64,000 bases of DNA from an uncultured Pelagibacteraceae bacterium (GTDB taxonomy: Bacteria > Pseudomonadota > Alphaproteobacteria > Pelagibacterales > Pelagibacteraceae): positions 39,420 to 103,419 of the forward strand of contig CACKFA010000005.1 in NCBI GenBank assembly GCA_902599335.1, given 5' to 3'. Below, piece after piece: positions 23,105 through 34,715 of this stretch (the first letter of the stretch is position 1; each line of letters begins with the position of its first letter). Under the pieces are notes generated by a model. It was not told the origin of the DNA. It ran no database searches and was given only the letters and a program-made list of their open reading frames with translations. The position numbers were made by a program, and so were the translations under genes.

Positions 23105-23138
23105 TTACAAGCCCTTTAAATTTTTAAAGGGCTTGTAA
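23105..23138 (-). terminator. Perfect 16-bp inverted repeat after the SBP gene (terminator or stabilising hairpin)
   Basis: TTACAAGCCCTTTAAA-tt-TTTAAAGGGCTTGTAA. Confidence 0.7.
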
Positions 23139-23148
23139 TAATTTTTAA

Positions 23149-24711
23149 TTAGTTAAAACTAGCAGTTCTGAATAACGGTTCGTTATTCGGTCTGATAGGA
23201 ACATTAACATTGCTTTTAGATGCCCAAGAAATTACTTGGTGATGTAAAGGAAGATAAGAAATATCATCTTTTACAATTTTCCAAGCTTTTGCAATTGCAG
23301 CATTTCTTTTATCTAAATCAACTTCACCTTCCATAACTCTAATTGCAGCATCAACATCAGCGTTACTAAAGTTAACTTTGTTCCAGCTAGCACCAGTTTC
23401 ATATAGGTAATGGAAAACATAGTGACTATCTAAAGTTGGAACACCCCATCCTAGCATATAAAAATCACCTTGATCATCTTTAAGCTCTTTGAAGTGTTTA
23501 CTTTTAGTTTGAGCAAATAAGTTGACGTTAACTCCAATTTTACCCAACATTCCAACAACAGCAGTACATATTGCCTCATCGTTTACATATCTGTCATTAG
23601 GACATCTAAGTTCAACGTCAAAACCATTAGGATAACCCGCGTCAGCTAAAAGTTTTTTTGCGGCATTAACATCGTAAGGTAATCTTTTATCAAGATCAGC
23701 TGTATATCCATTTACGCCTGGGAAAGTTATAATTCCTGCTGGTTCACTTAAACCTCTCATAACTTTTTTCTTGATCGCTTCAATATCAATTGCTTGATAA
23801 AGAGCTTGTCTTACTTCTTTTTTCTTAAATGGATTATCGCCTGTATTACCAGTTCTTAATTTGTCAGCTGCTTGATCCATACCTAAGAAAATTGTTCTCA
23901 TTTGAGCTGTACTTTCAACTTTGTGACCTGAAGAAGATCCAATTCTTTTTAAATCTTGAACTGGAGCATCAGTAACTATATCAATTTCACCTGATAATAA
24001 AGCTGCTACTCTTGTAGCTGCATTTTTAATAGGCATTAATTCAATTTGAGTAACTTTTTTGTCCTTCATTTCACCCCACCAGTGTTTATTTCTTTTGAAC
24101 ACAGTTTTGGTATTTGGCTCTCTTAAAGTAATTTTGAAAGGACCAGTTCCTAATGCATTTGTAGCTGAGAAAGTTTCTTGTCCTGCATCCCAGTTTTGTG
24201 GTGACATTGCAAAGTTTTTTTCTGACCAAGCTTTAGACATTATAAAAATGTTTGATAATTGGTTTAAAAGAATAGGATTTGGTTTGCTCGTCGTAATTTT
24301 AACAGCGTAATCTCCAGCTGCTTCAACATTAGCAATGGTACTAATATATTCTTTAAAGTCAGATGTTCTTTGTTTTGCTCTCAATATACTGAACACCACA
24401 TCCGCAGATGTCATTCCAGAACCATCAGAAAACTTAGCATCTTCTCTTAAAGTAAAAATCCAAGTATTTGGATCAGTAGCTTTCCATTTTGTTGCTAAAG
24501 CAGGTCCTATTTTCATGTCCAAACCCCTTTGAACTAGAGCTTCATAAACTTGTCTAGATACTTGTGTAGTTGGACCCTCATTTTGTGCATGTGGATCTAG
24601 TGTTAAACTGTCTCCTTGCATAGACCATTTAATAGTTTTTGCCCATGCTGAAGAAAATCCGAATACTAGAACTAATGACAATAGTATTCTTACTATATTT
24701 TTAGTTTTCAT
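23149..24711 (-). CDS. Family 5 ABC substrate-binding protein (DppA/OppA-like)
   Basis: Signal peptide, TLDPH, GTGPFK, VRQALYQAID. Confidence 0.9.
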   Translation of the reverse strand: MKTKNIVRILLSLVLVFGFSSAWAKTIKWSMQGDSLTLDPHAQNEGPTTQVSRQVYEALVQRGLDMKIGPALATKWKATDPNTWIFTLREDAKFSDGSGMTSADVVFSILRAKQRTSDFKEYISTIANVEAAGDYAVKITTSKPNPILLNQLSNIFIMSKAWSEKNFAMSPQNWDAGQETFSATNALGTGPFKITLREPNTKTVFKRNKHWWGEMKDKKVTQIELMPIKNAATRVAALLSGEIDIVTDAPVQDLKRIGSSSGHKVESTAQMRTIFLGMDQAADKLRTGNTGDNPFKKKEVRQALYQAIDIEAIKKKVMRGLSEPAGIITFPGVNGYTADLDKRLPYDVNAAKKLLADAGYPNGFDVELRCPNDRYVNDEAICTAVVGMLGKIGVNVNLFAQTKSKHFKELKDDQGDFYMLGWGVPTLDSHYVFHYLYETGASWNKVNFSNADVDAAIRVMEGEVDLDKRNAAIAKAWKIVKDDISYLPLHHQVISWASKSNVNVPIRPNNEPLFRTASFN

Positions 24712-24793
24712 TATTCCCCTCGTTTTTTAAATTTATTTGAAAAAGTATAAGTGAAATAATTGAATTATAGTAGCAATAATTTACTGATAAAAT

Positions 24794-25834
<1,041 letters not shown>

Positions 25835-26383
25835 TTAATTAAATATTTTAGCACCTCTGGTCATAGCTACTGCCCCTGTTCTCGAAGTACTTATAAGTCC
25901 CAAAGGCTTTAATTTTTTATTCATTACATCAATTTCTCTTCTTAAAGCAGTTATTTGAATTACCGCTGAAGATTTTGTTTCATCTAATATTACGGGATTA
26001 AATTTTTTACAAGCATTTAAGCATTTTTCAATTTTATTTCTTTTGCCCACAACTTTAAATAAAGCCATTTCCTTAAATATTACGTCTTTGTCTTCTCTTT
26101 TAAACTCAGCAACTTTATGAACAGGTACTAATTTAGTTAACTGAAGTCTTATTTGATCAATTACTTGAGGTGTTCCGGTAGTAACAATTGTTATTCTTGA
26201 AATATTTTTAACAGCATCAACCTCAGCAACAGCTAACGACTCGATGTTATAACCTCGACCAGAAAATAAACCAACTACTCTTGCAAGAACTCCAGCCTCA
26301 TTATCTACCCAAACCACAAAAATGTAAGTATCTGGTTTTTGTTTCTTTGTAGGAATGCTATAAGCTGATTTTGATTTCGGCAT
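25835..26383 (-). CDS. ilvH: Acetolactate synthase small subunit
   Basis: NEAGVLARVVGLFSGRGYNIESL ACT domain. Confidence 0.95.
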   Translation of the reverse strand: MPKSKSAYSIPTKKQKPDTYIFVVWVDNEAGVLARVVGLFSGRGYNIESLAVAEVDAVKNISRITIVTTGTPQVIDQIRLQLTKLVPVHKVAEFKREDKDVIFKEMALFKVVGKRNKIEKCLNACKKFNPVILDETKSSAVIQITALRREIDVMNKKLKPLGLISTSRTGAVAMTRGAKIFN

Positions 26384-26388
26384 TATGA

Positions 26389-28155
26389 TTATACTAAGGC
26401 TTTGCCTTTTCCTTTAATTTTATTTTCCTCTTGATCATTTGGGCCCAAGATCATTTGGTTATGAGGTTTTCCAGATGGTATCATTGGGAAGCAATTCTCG
26501 CTAGGATCCACATGACAATCAAATATAACTGGTCCATCATAATCAATCATTTCTTGAATTTTATCATCAAGCTCAGATGGATTGTCTGCTTTAATTCCTT
26601 TGCATCCATAAGCTTCTGCCATTTTCATAAAATCAGGTAAAGCTTCAGAATAACTTTCAGAATAATTTTTTTCATGCAGTAACTCCTGCCATTGTCTTAC
26701 CATTCCCATATATTGGTTATTTAAAATAAATATTTTTATAGGAAGATTATATTGAACTGCAGTAGACATTTCTTGCATGGTCATTAAAACTGAAGCTTCT
26801 CCAGCAATATCAATTACTAATTTTTCAGGATGAGCAATTTGAACACCAACTGCTGCTGGCAATCCATACCCCATAGTTCCTAAGCCACCAGATGTCATCC
26901 ATCTATTTGGTTTATTAAATTTATAATGCTGAGCAGCCCACATTTGGTGTTGTCCAACCTCGGTAGTAACATAAGTATCTTTATTCTTAGTTAATTCATA
27001 AAGTCTTTGAACGGCATGTTGAGGTTTTATACTTTCATCACTATTTACAAAATTAAGAGAGTCTTTTTCTCTCCATTTTTCAATTTGCTCCCACCACTTA
27101 GCTATATTTGATTTATTTGACTTGCTATGACCATTTTTTCTTTTAGCAATTGTCTTATTAATTTTACTGATGACACTCGTAACGTCTCCAACAATTGCAA
27201 GATCTACTTTGATAATTTTATTAATTGATGATGGATCTATATCTATATGAACCTTTTTTGAATTTGGTGAAAACTCATCAATTTTTCCGGTAATACGATC
27301 GTCAAATCTTGCACCAATATTAATTAAAAGATCACAATCATGCATAGCATTATTTGCTTCATAAGTACCATGCATACCAAGCATTCCTAAAAATTGATTA
27401 TCATCTCCCGGATACGCACCTAATCCTTGAAGTGTAGAAGTTATAGGAAAACCAGTTAAATCTACTAATTCTCTTAGGGCCTGGCTTGCTTTTGGACCTG
27501 AGTTAATCACTCCTCCACCGCTGTAGATGATTGGTTTTTTGGTCTTGCTTAATAATTTTACTAATTCATCAATTTGATCTTGAGAAAATTTATTATGTGA
27601 TTTTCCATTTAATTTTTTTTCTTTATTTGGTTTTTTATATTTTGTTTTTGCAAACTGAATATCTTTTGGAATATCAATTAAAACTGGTCCTGGTCTTCCA
27701 GTTGTTGCAACTCTAAAAGCTTCATGCATAACTTTAGAAAGATCATTAATATCTTTTACTAACCAATTGTGTTTTGTACAAGGTCTCGTAATTCCTGTAG
27801 TATCACATTCTTGGAAAGCATCAGTTCCAATTAAATGTGTGGGAACCTGACCAGAAATACAAACTAACGGAACAGAATCCATATAAGCATCTGTTAAAGC
27901 CGTAACAACATTTGTAGCTCCAGGGCCTGATGTAACTAAAACTACACCTGGTTTTCCTGATGACCTCGCATAGCCTTCAGCTGCGTGACCAGCACCTTGT
28001 TCGTGTCTGACTAAAATATGTTTTATAGAGGGATGATTTTTTAACTCATCATAAATCGGTAACACTGCGCCACCTGGATAACCAAAGATATGTTCTACCT
28101 TTTGGTCTTCAAGACATTTAAATACAATTTCTGCTCCAGTTAATAATTTTGGCAT
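26389..28155 (-). CDS. ilvI: Acetolactate synthase large subunit
   Basis: FGYPGGA, RHEQGA, TSGPGATN, SGGLGTMG. Confidence 0.95.
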   Translation of the reverse strand: MPKLLTGAEIVFKCLEDQKVEHIFGYPGGAVLPIYDELKNHPSIKHILVRHEQGAGHAAEGYARSSGKPGVVLVTSGPGATNVVTALTDAYMDSVPLVCISGQVPTHLIGTDAFQECDTTGITRPCTKHNWLVKDINDLSKVMHEAFRVATTGRPGPVLIDIPKDIQFAKTKYKKPNKEKKLNGKSHNKFSQDQIDELVKLLSKTKKPIIYSGGGVINSGPKASQALRELVDLTGFPITSTLQGLGAYPGDDNQFLGMLGMHGTYEANNAMHDCDLLINIGARFDDRITGKIDEFSPNSKKVHIDIDPSSINKIIKVDLAIVGDVTSVISKINKTIAKRKNGHSKSNKSNIAKWWEQIEKWREKDSLNFVNSDESIKPQHAVQRLYELTKNKDTYVTTEVGQHQMWAAQHYKFNKPNRWMTSGGLGTMGYGLPAAVGVQIAHPEKLVIDIAGEASVLMTMQEMSTAVQYNLPIKIFILNNQYMGMVRQWQELLHEKNYSESYSEALPDFMKMAEAYGCKGIKADNPSELDDKIQEMIDYDGPVIFDCHVDPSENCFPMIPSGKPHNQMILGPNDQEENKIKGKGKALV

Positions 28156-28207
28156 TAGGCAATCTAGCTGAAGTTGTGCTCATTGGTCAAGTTTAAGAAT
28201 GAAAATT

Positions 28208-29116
28208 TTAAATTTTTTTCAAAAAATTATTTATGTCTTGTGGCTTTAGTTTCATCCAACTAATCATGTTACCTCTAGCCCAAGTACTTTGTCTTTTGGC
28301 GTATTGTCTAGTTTTTATGGCTATTTTATCTATAGCATCATTCAAATTTTTTTGTTTTTCTAAATATTCTTTAATTTCATTAACTCCTATGGCCTTGTTG
28401 GCACTTTTATCTTTTCTAACCCTTAGCTTTATGAAGTCTTTTACTTCTTTTATTGCTCCATTTTCTATCATCTCCCTTGTTCTTACATTGATACGCTCAA
28501 TTAATTCTTGTCTAGGAAAATCAATATAGACTTTAAAAAAATCATCTTCCACAAAGTTTGATTTTGTGTTTTTAAACCATTCAGTCAGAGATTTTTTTGT
28601 AAACTTTTTAACTTCATAAGCTCTGATGGATCTTTGAGTGTCTGTAGGATTTATTTTTCCTCTTGAATATGGATCTAATTTTAATAATTTTTCATAAAAC
28701 TTCTTTTGTCCAAGTTTTTTTTGTAAATTTCTAATTTGATTTCTTAATTTTAATGAAATATTTGGTATTTTAACTAAACCATCAGTTACAGCTTTAAAGT
28801 ATAAACCTGTCCCTCCAACAAGAATTGGAGTTTTTTTTCTTTTTTTAACTTCCTTAATTTTTTTAATTACTAACTTAAGCCAATCACCTGTTGAGAAGTT
28901 TTTAGTTACATTATGAAAACCATATAAGTGATGTTTTATTTTCTTATATTTTTTTGGATCTAGTCTAGCTGACAAGATTTTTAGCTCTTTGTATACTTGC
29001 ATGCTATCTGCATTAATAATTTCTCCATCGACTTTTTTTGCAACTTTAATTGCAAAACTTGATTTTCCTGAAGCTGTGGGTCCAGATATTAATATTATCT
29101 TGGATTTTAAATCCAT
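28208..29116 (-). CDS. miaA: tRNA dimethylallyltransferase
   Basis: GPTASGKS, DSMQVY, VGGTGLY, TRQYAKRQ. Confidence 0.95.
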   Translation of the reverse strand: MDLKSKIILISGPTASGKSSFAIKVAKKVDGEIINADSMQVYKELKILSARLDPKKYKKIKHHLYGFHNVTKNFSTGDWLKLVIKKIKEVKKRKKTPILVGGTGLYFKAVTDGLVKIPNISLKLRNQIRNLQKKLGQKKFYEKLLKLDPYSRGKINPTDTQRSIRAYEVKKFTKKSLTEWFKNTKSNFVEDDFFKVYIDFPRQELIERINVRTREMIENGAIKEVKDFIKLRVRKDKSANKAIGVNEIKEYLEKQKNLNDAIDKIAIKTRQYAKRQSTWARGNMISWMKLKPQDINNFLKKI

Positions 29117-29118
29117 TA

Positions 29119-30534
29119 TTAGTCTAGCTTAACACCAATGTATCGTCTTTGATTTTGACTATTATAGATTGCAAATAAAACTGTCTTTTGATTTGAATTA
29201 AGAACTTCTTTAGTAATATCTCTTAAGTCATTAGCTGATCTAATTTTTTTCTTTTGAGCTTCAATAATAATACTGTTGAGCTCTATTGAATTTACTAAAG
29301 GGCTGTTATTTGCAATTTTTGTTATCACAAGTCCTGTTATCTGATTTGGTAAATTTCTATTTTTTATATCTTCTTTAGTTAATGGTCTTACTGCAATTCT
29401 TAAACTTTCAATTATTTCTTCATTATTTTGCTTTTGAGTTTCTCGATTTTTACTTATTTTAAAATCATCTGAGGTTTCTAACCTTCCTAAAATAACATTT
29501 TTAATAATCTCTTTCTTATCTCTCCAAACTTTAACTTCTACTTTTTTTCCAACTTCTGTTCTTGCTACAATAGCTGGAAGCTCTTTCATTTGGTTTATTT
29601 TTTCTCCATTAAACTCTAAAATAATATCACCAGCTTGTATTCCTGCTTTTTCTGATGGACTATTCTCTGCAACACTAGCAACTAATGCTCCTCTTGCTTT
29701 GTCTAATTTTTCAACTTCAGCAATTTCTTTTGTTACATCTTGAATTCTAACACCCAGCCAACCTCTTTTTGTTTCGCCATACTCAATTAATTGTTTAATT
29801 ACAATTTGTGCACTGTTGGAAGGTATAGAAAATCCAATTCCAATAGAACCATTACGTCCAAGAATTGCTGTATTAATTCCAATTACATTTCCATCCATAT
29901 CAAACAAAGGTCCTCCTGAATTACCAGAGTTTATAGAAGCATCTGTTTGAATAAAATCTTCATATCTTGATAAACCAATTGATCTATTTCTAGCTGAAAT
30001 AATTCCAGCAGTAACGGTTCCACCTAAACCAAATGGATTTCCAATTGCCAAAACCCAATCCCCAATTCTTGCTTTATCTGAATCTCCAAATGCTACAGGG
30101 ATAAATTTTTCATCTGTTTCTAATTGTAAAACAGCAATATCCATTAGAGGGTCAGCACCCAGAACCTTTGCTTTAAATTCTTGATCCCCATTTACTCTAA
30201 CAATAATATCGTCAGCATCTTGGATTACATGATTATTTGTAACAACAATTCCTTTCTGATCAATTATAAATCCAGAGCCTAATGCAGCTGATTGTCTTTC
30301 TTGAGGTGTTCCAAATTCCTTAAACATATCCTCAAAAGGAGACCCTGGAGGGAATTGAAAAGGAAAAGGATTAGAATTTGTTGTGATTGTAGTTTTTGTA
30401 GAAATATTTACAACAGATGGCATTAATTTTTCTGCAAGATCTGCAAAAGAAGCAGGAACTGGTTTAGAATTTACATTTAATGAAAAAGTAAATGATAAAA
30501 CTATTGTTAAAAATATAATTTTAATTTTTTTCAT
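29119..30534 (-). CDS. degP: Periplasmic serine protease Do/HtrA with PDZ domains
   Basis: TNNHV, QTDASINSGNSGGP. Confidence 0.95.
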   Translation of the reverse strand: MKKIKIIFLTIVLSFTFSLNVNSKPVPASFADLAEKLMPSVVNISTKTTITTNSNPFPFQFPPGSPFEDMFKEFGTPQERQSAALGSGFIIDQKGIVVTNNHVIQDADDIIVRVNGDQEFKAKVLGADPLMDIAVLQLETDEKFIPVAFGDSDKARIGDWVLAIGNPFGLGGTVTAGIISARNRSIGLSRYEDFIQTDASINSGNSGGPLFDMDGNVIGINTAILGRNGSIGIGFSIPSNSAQIVIKQLIEYGETKRGWLGVRIQDVTKEIAEVEKLDKARGALVASVAENSPSEKAGIQAGDIILEFNGEKINQMKELPAIVARTEVGKKVEVKVWRDKKEIIKNVILGRLETSDDFKISKNRETQKQNNEEIIESLRIAVRPLTKEDIKNRNLPNQITGLVITKIANNSPLVNSIELNSIIIEAQKKKIRSANDLRDITKEVLNSNQKTVLFAIYNSQNQRRYIGVKLD

Positions 30535-30535
30535 A

Positions 30536-30721
30536 TTAGTTCTTAATGTAATAAATAATTATAAAACCTATTACTGCAAAAAAAAGTCCACCTGATCTAA
30601 GCTGACTATCTTTAACAAGTTCTAATTTTTTCAACATACTTTTCATTTTTGCTGGAAATAAGGCGTACAAAATTCCTTCAATAAATAAAAAAAGACCTAA
30701 AGCTATAACTAGCTCACGCAT
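30536..30721 (-). CDS. DUF2065-family small membrane protein
   Basis: IEGILYALFP...LRSGGL, conserved position after hflC. Confidence 0.85.
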   Translation of the reverse strand: MRELVIALGLFLFIEGILYALFPAKMKSMLKKLELVKDSQLRSGGLFFAVIGFIIIYYIKN

Positions 30722-30728
30722 TTAATTA

Positions 30729-31601
30729 TTATTGTTGAATTTCAGGTTTTATATTTCCAAAAAATTTAAAAAATTCACTATCTGGTGATAAAATCAGAGA
30801 AGTTTCACCACCAATAAGAGCTTTTTCATATGCCTGCATGGCTCTGTAGAAAGCAAAAAATTCTGGATCTTGGCCAAAGGCTTCAGCAAATATTTTATTT
30901 CTTTCTCCATCGCCTTCCCCTTTCATAATCTCAGATTGTTTCTGGGCATCTGCTAAGATTACAGTAACTTCTTTGTCAGCAGTTGATGTTATAGTAACGG
31001 CCATCTCTGCTCCTTTTGCTCTAAATTCTTTAGCTTCTCTCTCCCTTTCAGTTTGCATTCTTCTGTAAATAGCATCACTGTTCGCTTGAGGGAGGTCTGC
31101 TCTTTTAATTCTGACATCAACAATATTAATTCCAAAATTTTGTGCTTCGTTATTAACACCTTCTTTAATTAAAGCCATTTGCTTAGATCTATCTTTGGAT
31201 AATAATGTTTGTAATTCTTCTTGACCTAATACATTTCTTATCCTTGAGTTTATAATTGTTGATAATCTTGATCTTGCAACTCTTTCATTTCCAACAGAAA
31301 TATAAAACTTTAATGGATCAACGATTTGAAATCTTGCAAATGCATCTACTATCAAACGTTTCTGATCCGATGCAATAACCTCTTCTGGTGGAGCATCTAA
31401 ATTTAAAATTCTTTTATCTAAATAAACAACATTTTGAATAAATGGAATTTTAAAGTTTAAACCTGGTTTCATTATAATTCTTTTTGGATCACCAAATTGA
31501 AGGATAATTGCTTGATTAACCTCTTTAACTATAATTACTGATAAAAAGGCTACAACTCCAATTGCAACTAATACTCCTGCTATTATTTTTCCAGCTTTCA
31601 T
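30729..31601 (-). CDS. hflC: FtsH modulator HflC
   Basis: SPFH domain, DVRIKRADLP, RMQTERERE. Confidence 0.95.
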   Translation of the reverse strand: MKAGKIIAGVLVAIGVVAFLSVIIVKEVNQAIILQFGDPKRIIMKPGLNFKIPFIQNVVYLDKRILNLDAPPEEVIASDQKRLIVDAFARFQIVDPLKFYISVGNERVARSRLSTIINSRIRNVLGQEELQTLLSKDRSKQMALIKEGVNNEAQNFGINIVDVRIKRADLPQANSDAIYRRMQTEREREAKEFRAKGAEMAVTITSTADKEVTVILADAQKQSEIMKGEGDGERNKIFAEAFGQDPEFFAFYRAMQAYEKALIGGETSLILSPDSEFFKFFGNIKPEIQQ

Positions 31602-31602
31602 T

Positions 31603-32703
31603 TTAGTTCGTCGCTTTCTTTTTTAATTCAGGCAAAGGTAAATATGGAACTACACCTGAACCTGCATTTTTTTCAATAATTACTTTGTCAATATCTGCTA
31701 AAACTTTTTCCATAGTTTCTAAATACATTCTCTCTTGAGTAACAGCTTTTGCATTTTTATACTCATTGTATATAGCTATAAATCTACTTGCTTCACCCTC
31801 TGCTTTTGCAACGACTTCTTTTTTATAAGCTTCTGCTGCTTGTAAAATTTTTTGCGCTTCCCCTCTTGCTCTTGGTATTACATCGTTTGCATAAGCTTCA
31901 GCTTCGTTTTTTGATCTTTCCATGTCTGCTCTTGCAGCCTGTACGTCCCTAAATGCATCAATTACTTGATCAGGTGGGTCAGCTTTTTGAGTTTGCACTT
32001 GGGTAATTTGTATTCCACTTTCGTAGTCATCTAAAATAGTTTGAATAATCTCTTGAGTTTCAAGCTCAATTTTAGATCTTCCCTCGGTTAAAATTGGTTG
32101 AATGTCACTTTTTGCAATTACTTCTCTCATCGCAGTTTCAGCAGCTGCTTTAACCGTACCTTCTGGATCTTGAATTTTAAATAAAAAATTCCCAGCGTCT
32201 TTAATTACCCAAAAGACTGAAAAATCTATATTAACAATATTTTCATCTCCAGTTAACATTAAGCTTTCTTGTGGTACATCAGCAACACCACCACCTGTAG
32301 AGAAACCACTGTCTCTTTCAGATCTAAAACCAATATCCATTCGGTTAACCTTAGTGACTTTAGGAGTTTGCACAGTTTCAACTGGAAAAGGTATATGATA
32401 ATTCAATCCAGGCTGTGTAGTTTTTACAAATTTACCAAATCTTAACACCACACCTTGTTCATCTGGTAGTACTCTATAAAGACCACTTGCTAACCATACA
32501 AAAACTAAAACTAATAAAATTAAACTTATTGATTTTCCACCTGAACTTTTACCACCTGGTAAAAATTTTTTTATTTTATCTTGCAGATCTCTAATTAACT
32601 CATCAACATTTGGAGGTGTTGGGCCTCTACCTGATCCATTACCACTACCACCTCCGCCAGGAGGTGCGCCCCAAGGACTTTGACCTTTAAAATTGTCAGA
32701 CAT
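31603..32703 (-). CDS. hflK: FtsH modulator HflK
   Basis: MLTGDENIV, AFRDVQAA, PRARGEA. Confidence 0.95.
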   Translation of the reverse strand: MSDNFKGQSPWGAPPGGGGSGNGSGRGPTPPNVDELIRDLQDKIKKFLPGGKSSGGKSISLILLVLVFVWLASGLYRVLPDEQGVVLRFGKFVKTTQPGLNYHIPFPVETVQTPKVTKVNRMDIGFRSERDSGFSTGGGVADVPQESLMLTGDENIVNIDFSVFWVIKDAGNFLFKIQDPEGTVKAAAETAMREVIAKSDIQPILTEGRSKIELETQEIIQTILDDYESGIQITQVQTQKADPPDQVIDAFRDVQAARADMERSKNEAEAYANDVIPRARGEAQKILQAAEAYKKEVVAKAEGEASRFIAIYNEYKNAKAVTQERMYLETMEKVLADIDKVIIEKNAGSGVVPYLPLPELKKKATN

Positions 32704-32713
32704 ATGCCAAAGT

Positions 32714-32741
32714 ATATAGTGTCTTTATGACAAAAAACAAG
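32714..32741 (-). promoter_or_regulatory. Candidate RpoH/RpoD-type promoter of hflKC-degP
   Basis: CTTG-N17-ACTATAT, 10 nt upstream of the ATG. Confidence 0.45.
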
Positions 32742-32754
32742 TAATGATGCTTTT

Positions 32755-33579
32755 ATGACTGATAAAAAACCTGAACTTAGTGCCGCAATGAAAAGTAAAT
32801 TAGAGCCTAAAAAATTCAGTAAAAATCCAATTCTTGGTACAAAATTTACAATAGCTATCTCTAGTGCAAAAGGTGGGGTTGGAAAATCTACATTTGCAAC
32901 TAATCTTGCAATAGGCTTAAAAAAAATTGGTTGTAAAGTTGGTCTCCTAGATGCAGATATTTATGGTCCATCAATTCCTAAAATGTTCGATATCTGTGAA
33001 AAGCCGAAAAGTGACGGACAAAAATTAGAACCAATTACAAAATACGGCATTCAATGTATATCAATTGGTTTTTTGGCAGACCAACAAACGCCAATGATAT
33101 GGCGTGGTCCTATGGTAACAAGTGCAATTAAAACTTTTACTCAGAAAGTAAATTGGAAAGATTTAGATTTTATTATAGTGGACATGCCCCCAGGGACTGG
33201 GGACACTCAACTTACATTCTCTCAAGAAATAAAAATAGATGGTGCAATAATTGTAAGTACACCACAAGAGGTAGCTCTTTTAGACGTTAAGAGAGGAATT
33301 AAAATGTTTGATAAACTAGGAGTTAAAATTTTAGGTTTAGTTGATAACATGAGCTACTTTAAAGGAGACGATGGAAAAAAATACAAAATTTTTGGAGAAG
33401 GTGGGGTTAAAAAAACTGCTGAAGAATTCCAAAAAGAATTTTTAGGTGAAATTCCAATTGATCCAGAAGTTGGAAAAACTAGTGATGAAGGAAAGCCAAT
33501 TGTGGAAGCTAATCCTGATCATGAAATTTCAAAAATATATTTAAATTTTGCTGAAAAAATTAAATCAACTTATCTTTAA
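32755..33579 (+). CDS. mrp: Mrp/NBP35 (ApbC) Fe-S cluster carrier ATPase
   Basis: GKGG-like [31 protein letters not shown]. Confidence 0.92.
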   Translation: MTDKKPELSAAMKSKLEPKKFSKNPILGTKFTIAISSAKGGVGKSTFATNLAIGLKKIGCKVGLLDADIYGPSIPKMFDICEKPKSDGQKLEPITKYGIQCISIGFLADQQTPMIWRGPMVTSAIKTFTQKVNWKDLDFIIVDMPPGTGDTQLTFSQEIKIDGAIIVSTPQEVALLDVKRGIKMFDKLGVKILGLVDNMSYFKGDDGKKYKIFGEGGVKKTAEEFQKEFLGEIPIDPEVGKTSDEGKPIVEANPDHEISKIYLNFAEKIKSTYL

Positions 33580-34507
33580 GATCAAAAGCAGTCATTAATT
33601 CATTCCATTCCCTTTTAGATAATCCAGAACTTTCAATATCTACTTTTTCACCTTTGATAAATTTTTGAATAATTAATTTTCCTTTTGCAGAAACCTCAGT
33701 TCCACCAACTCTATAATCCATAAAAGCGTCATAAGTAATAGGAACCCATTTTTTTACAGTGTCTAACATTATATCTGCATAAACTCTAATTTCATATTGG
33801 GCATGGATATCAGCTCTTAATCTTAAAAAATTCATTAAATTTAAAAGATCAGTTTTCCAATACCATTGGGTATAAGTATTTAAAGTTAAATTCATTCTCG
33901 CAAGTTCTCTAGCCAGACCCTTCTTATTTTCATCAATAGTTGAACCATCAAACCTTTCATTTAGCATTATTTCATAATTATCATAAGTTCTTTCGGCGTC
34001 ACTTTTTAAAAGTTCTAAAACTTCCTCTGCCTGTCTTCCCTCTAAAATATCTCCTCTACCTTGCCTATTGCTAGTTGATTGAGCCGCTAAATTTTCTGAT
34101 GAAGGTAAATAAAATTCTTTATCTAAAATTGAGTATCTTGCCGAGTACTCATTTACATTAGCAGTTCTATGTCTAATCCACTGTCTTGCGATAAAAATTG
34201 GGAGCTTAACATGATATTTGATTTCGCACATTTCGAAAGGTGTGCTATGCCAGTGTCTCATTAAATATTTTATTAAACCTTTATCAGTTGAAACTTGTTT
34301 AGTACCTTTACCATAAGAAACTCGAGCAGATTGAACTATGGAAGTGTCATCGCCCATATAATCTACTACTCTCACAAAACCATGGTCTAACGCTGGAATT
34401 GCATCATAAAGGATATTTTCTAGACTGGGTACTGTAACTCTTTTTGTCTCATTGGTTTGAGATTGCTGATTTTTTATTTCCTCTGATTGCTCTTTTGTTA
34501 ATTTCAT
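33560..34507 (-). CDS. thyX: FAD-dependent thymidylate synthase
   Basis: [24 protein letters not shown]. Confidence 0.97.
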   Translation of the reverse strand: MKLTKEQSEEIKNQQSQTNETKRVTVPSLENILYDAIPALDHGFVRVVDYMGDDTSIVQSARVSYGKGTKQVSTDKGLIKYLMRHWHSTPFEMCEIKYHVKLPIFIARQWIRHRTANVNEYSARYSILDKEFYLPSSENLAAQSTSNRQGRGDILEGRQAEEVLELLKSDAERTYDNYEIMLNERFDGSTIDENKKGLARELARMNLTLNTYTQWYWKTDLLNLMNFLRLRADIHAQYEIRVYADIMLDTVKKWVPITYDAFMDYRVGGTEVSAKGKLIIQKFIKGEKVDIESSGLSKREWNELMTAFDLKDKLI

Positions 34508-34552
34508 GATTTTAATAGAATCTAATTTTTTATCTTTACATTATTAATCTTT

Positions 34553-34565
34553 GTTTTCCAACTAT
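34553..34565 (+). repeat. 13-bp direct repeat, left copy (GTTTTCCAACTAT)
   Basis: Identical to 37266-37278; the two copies bracket the glycosyltransferase-epimerase cassette. Confidence 0.7.
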
Positions 34566-34715
34566 GTCGTAAGAAGTAATTTTAATATCATTATTAAAGC
34601 CAACCATAGAGTAAAATTAAATTGTATATTTTCAACTCAGAAGAGTGAATATAAATAAAAGATTATCTAATAAATAATTAAAGTTTAATATATGATAAAA
34701 CCTTTTCAATCTTAG

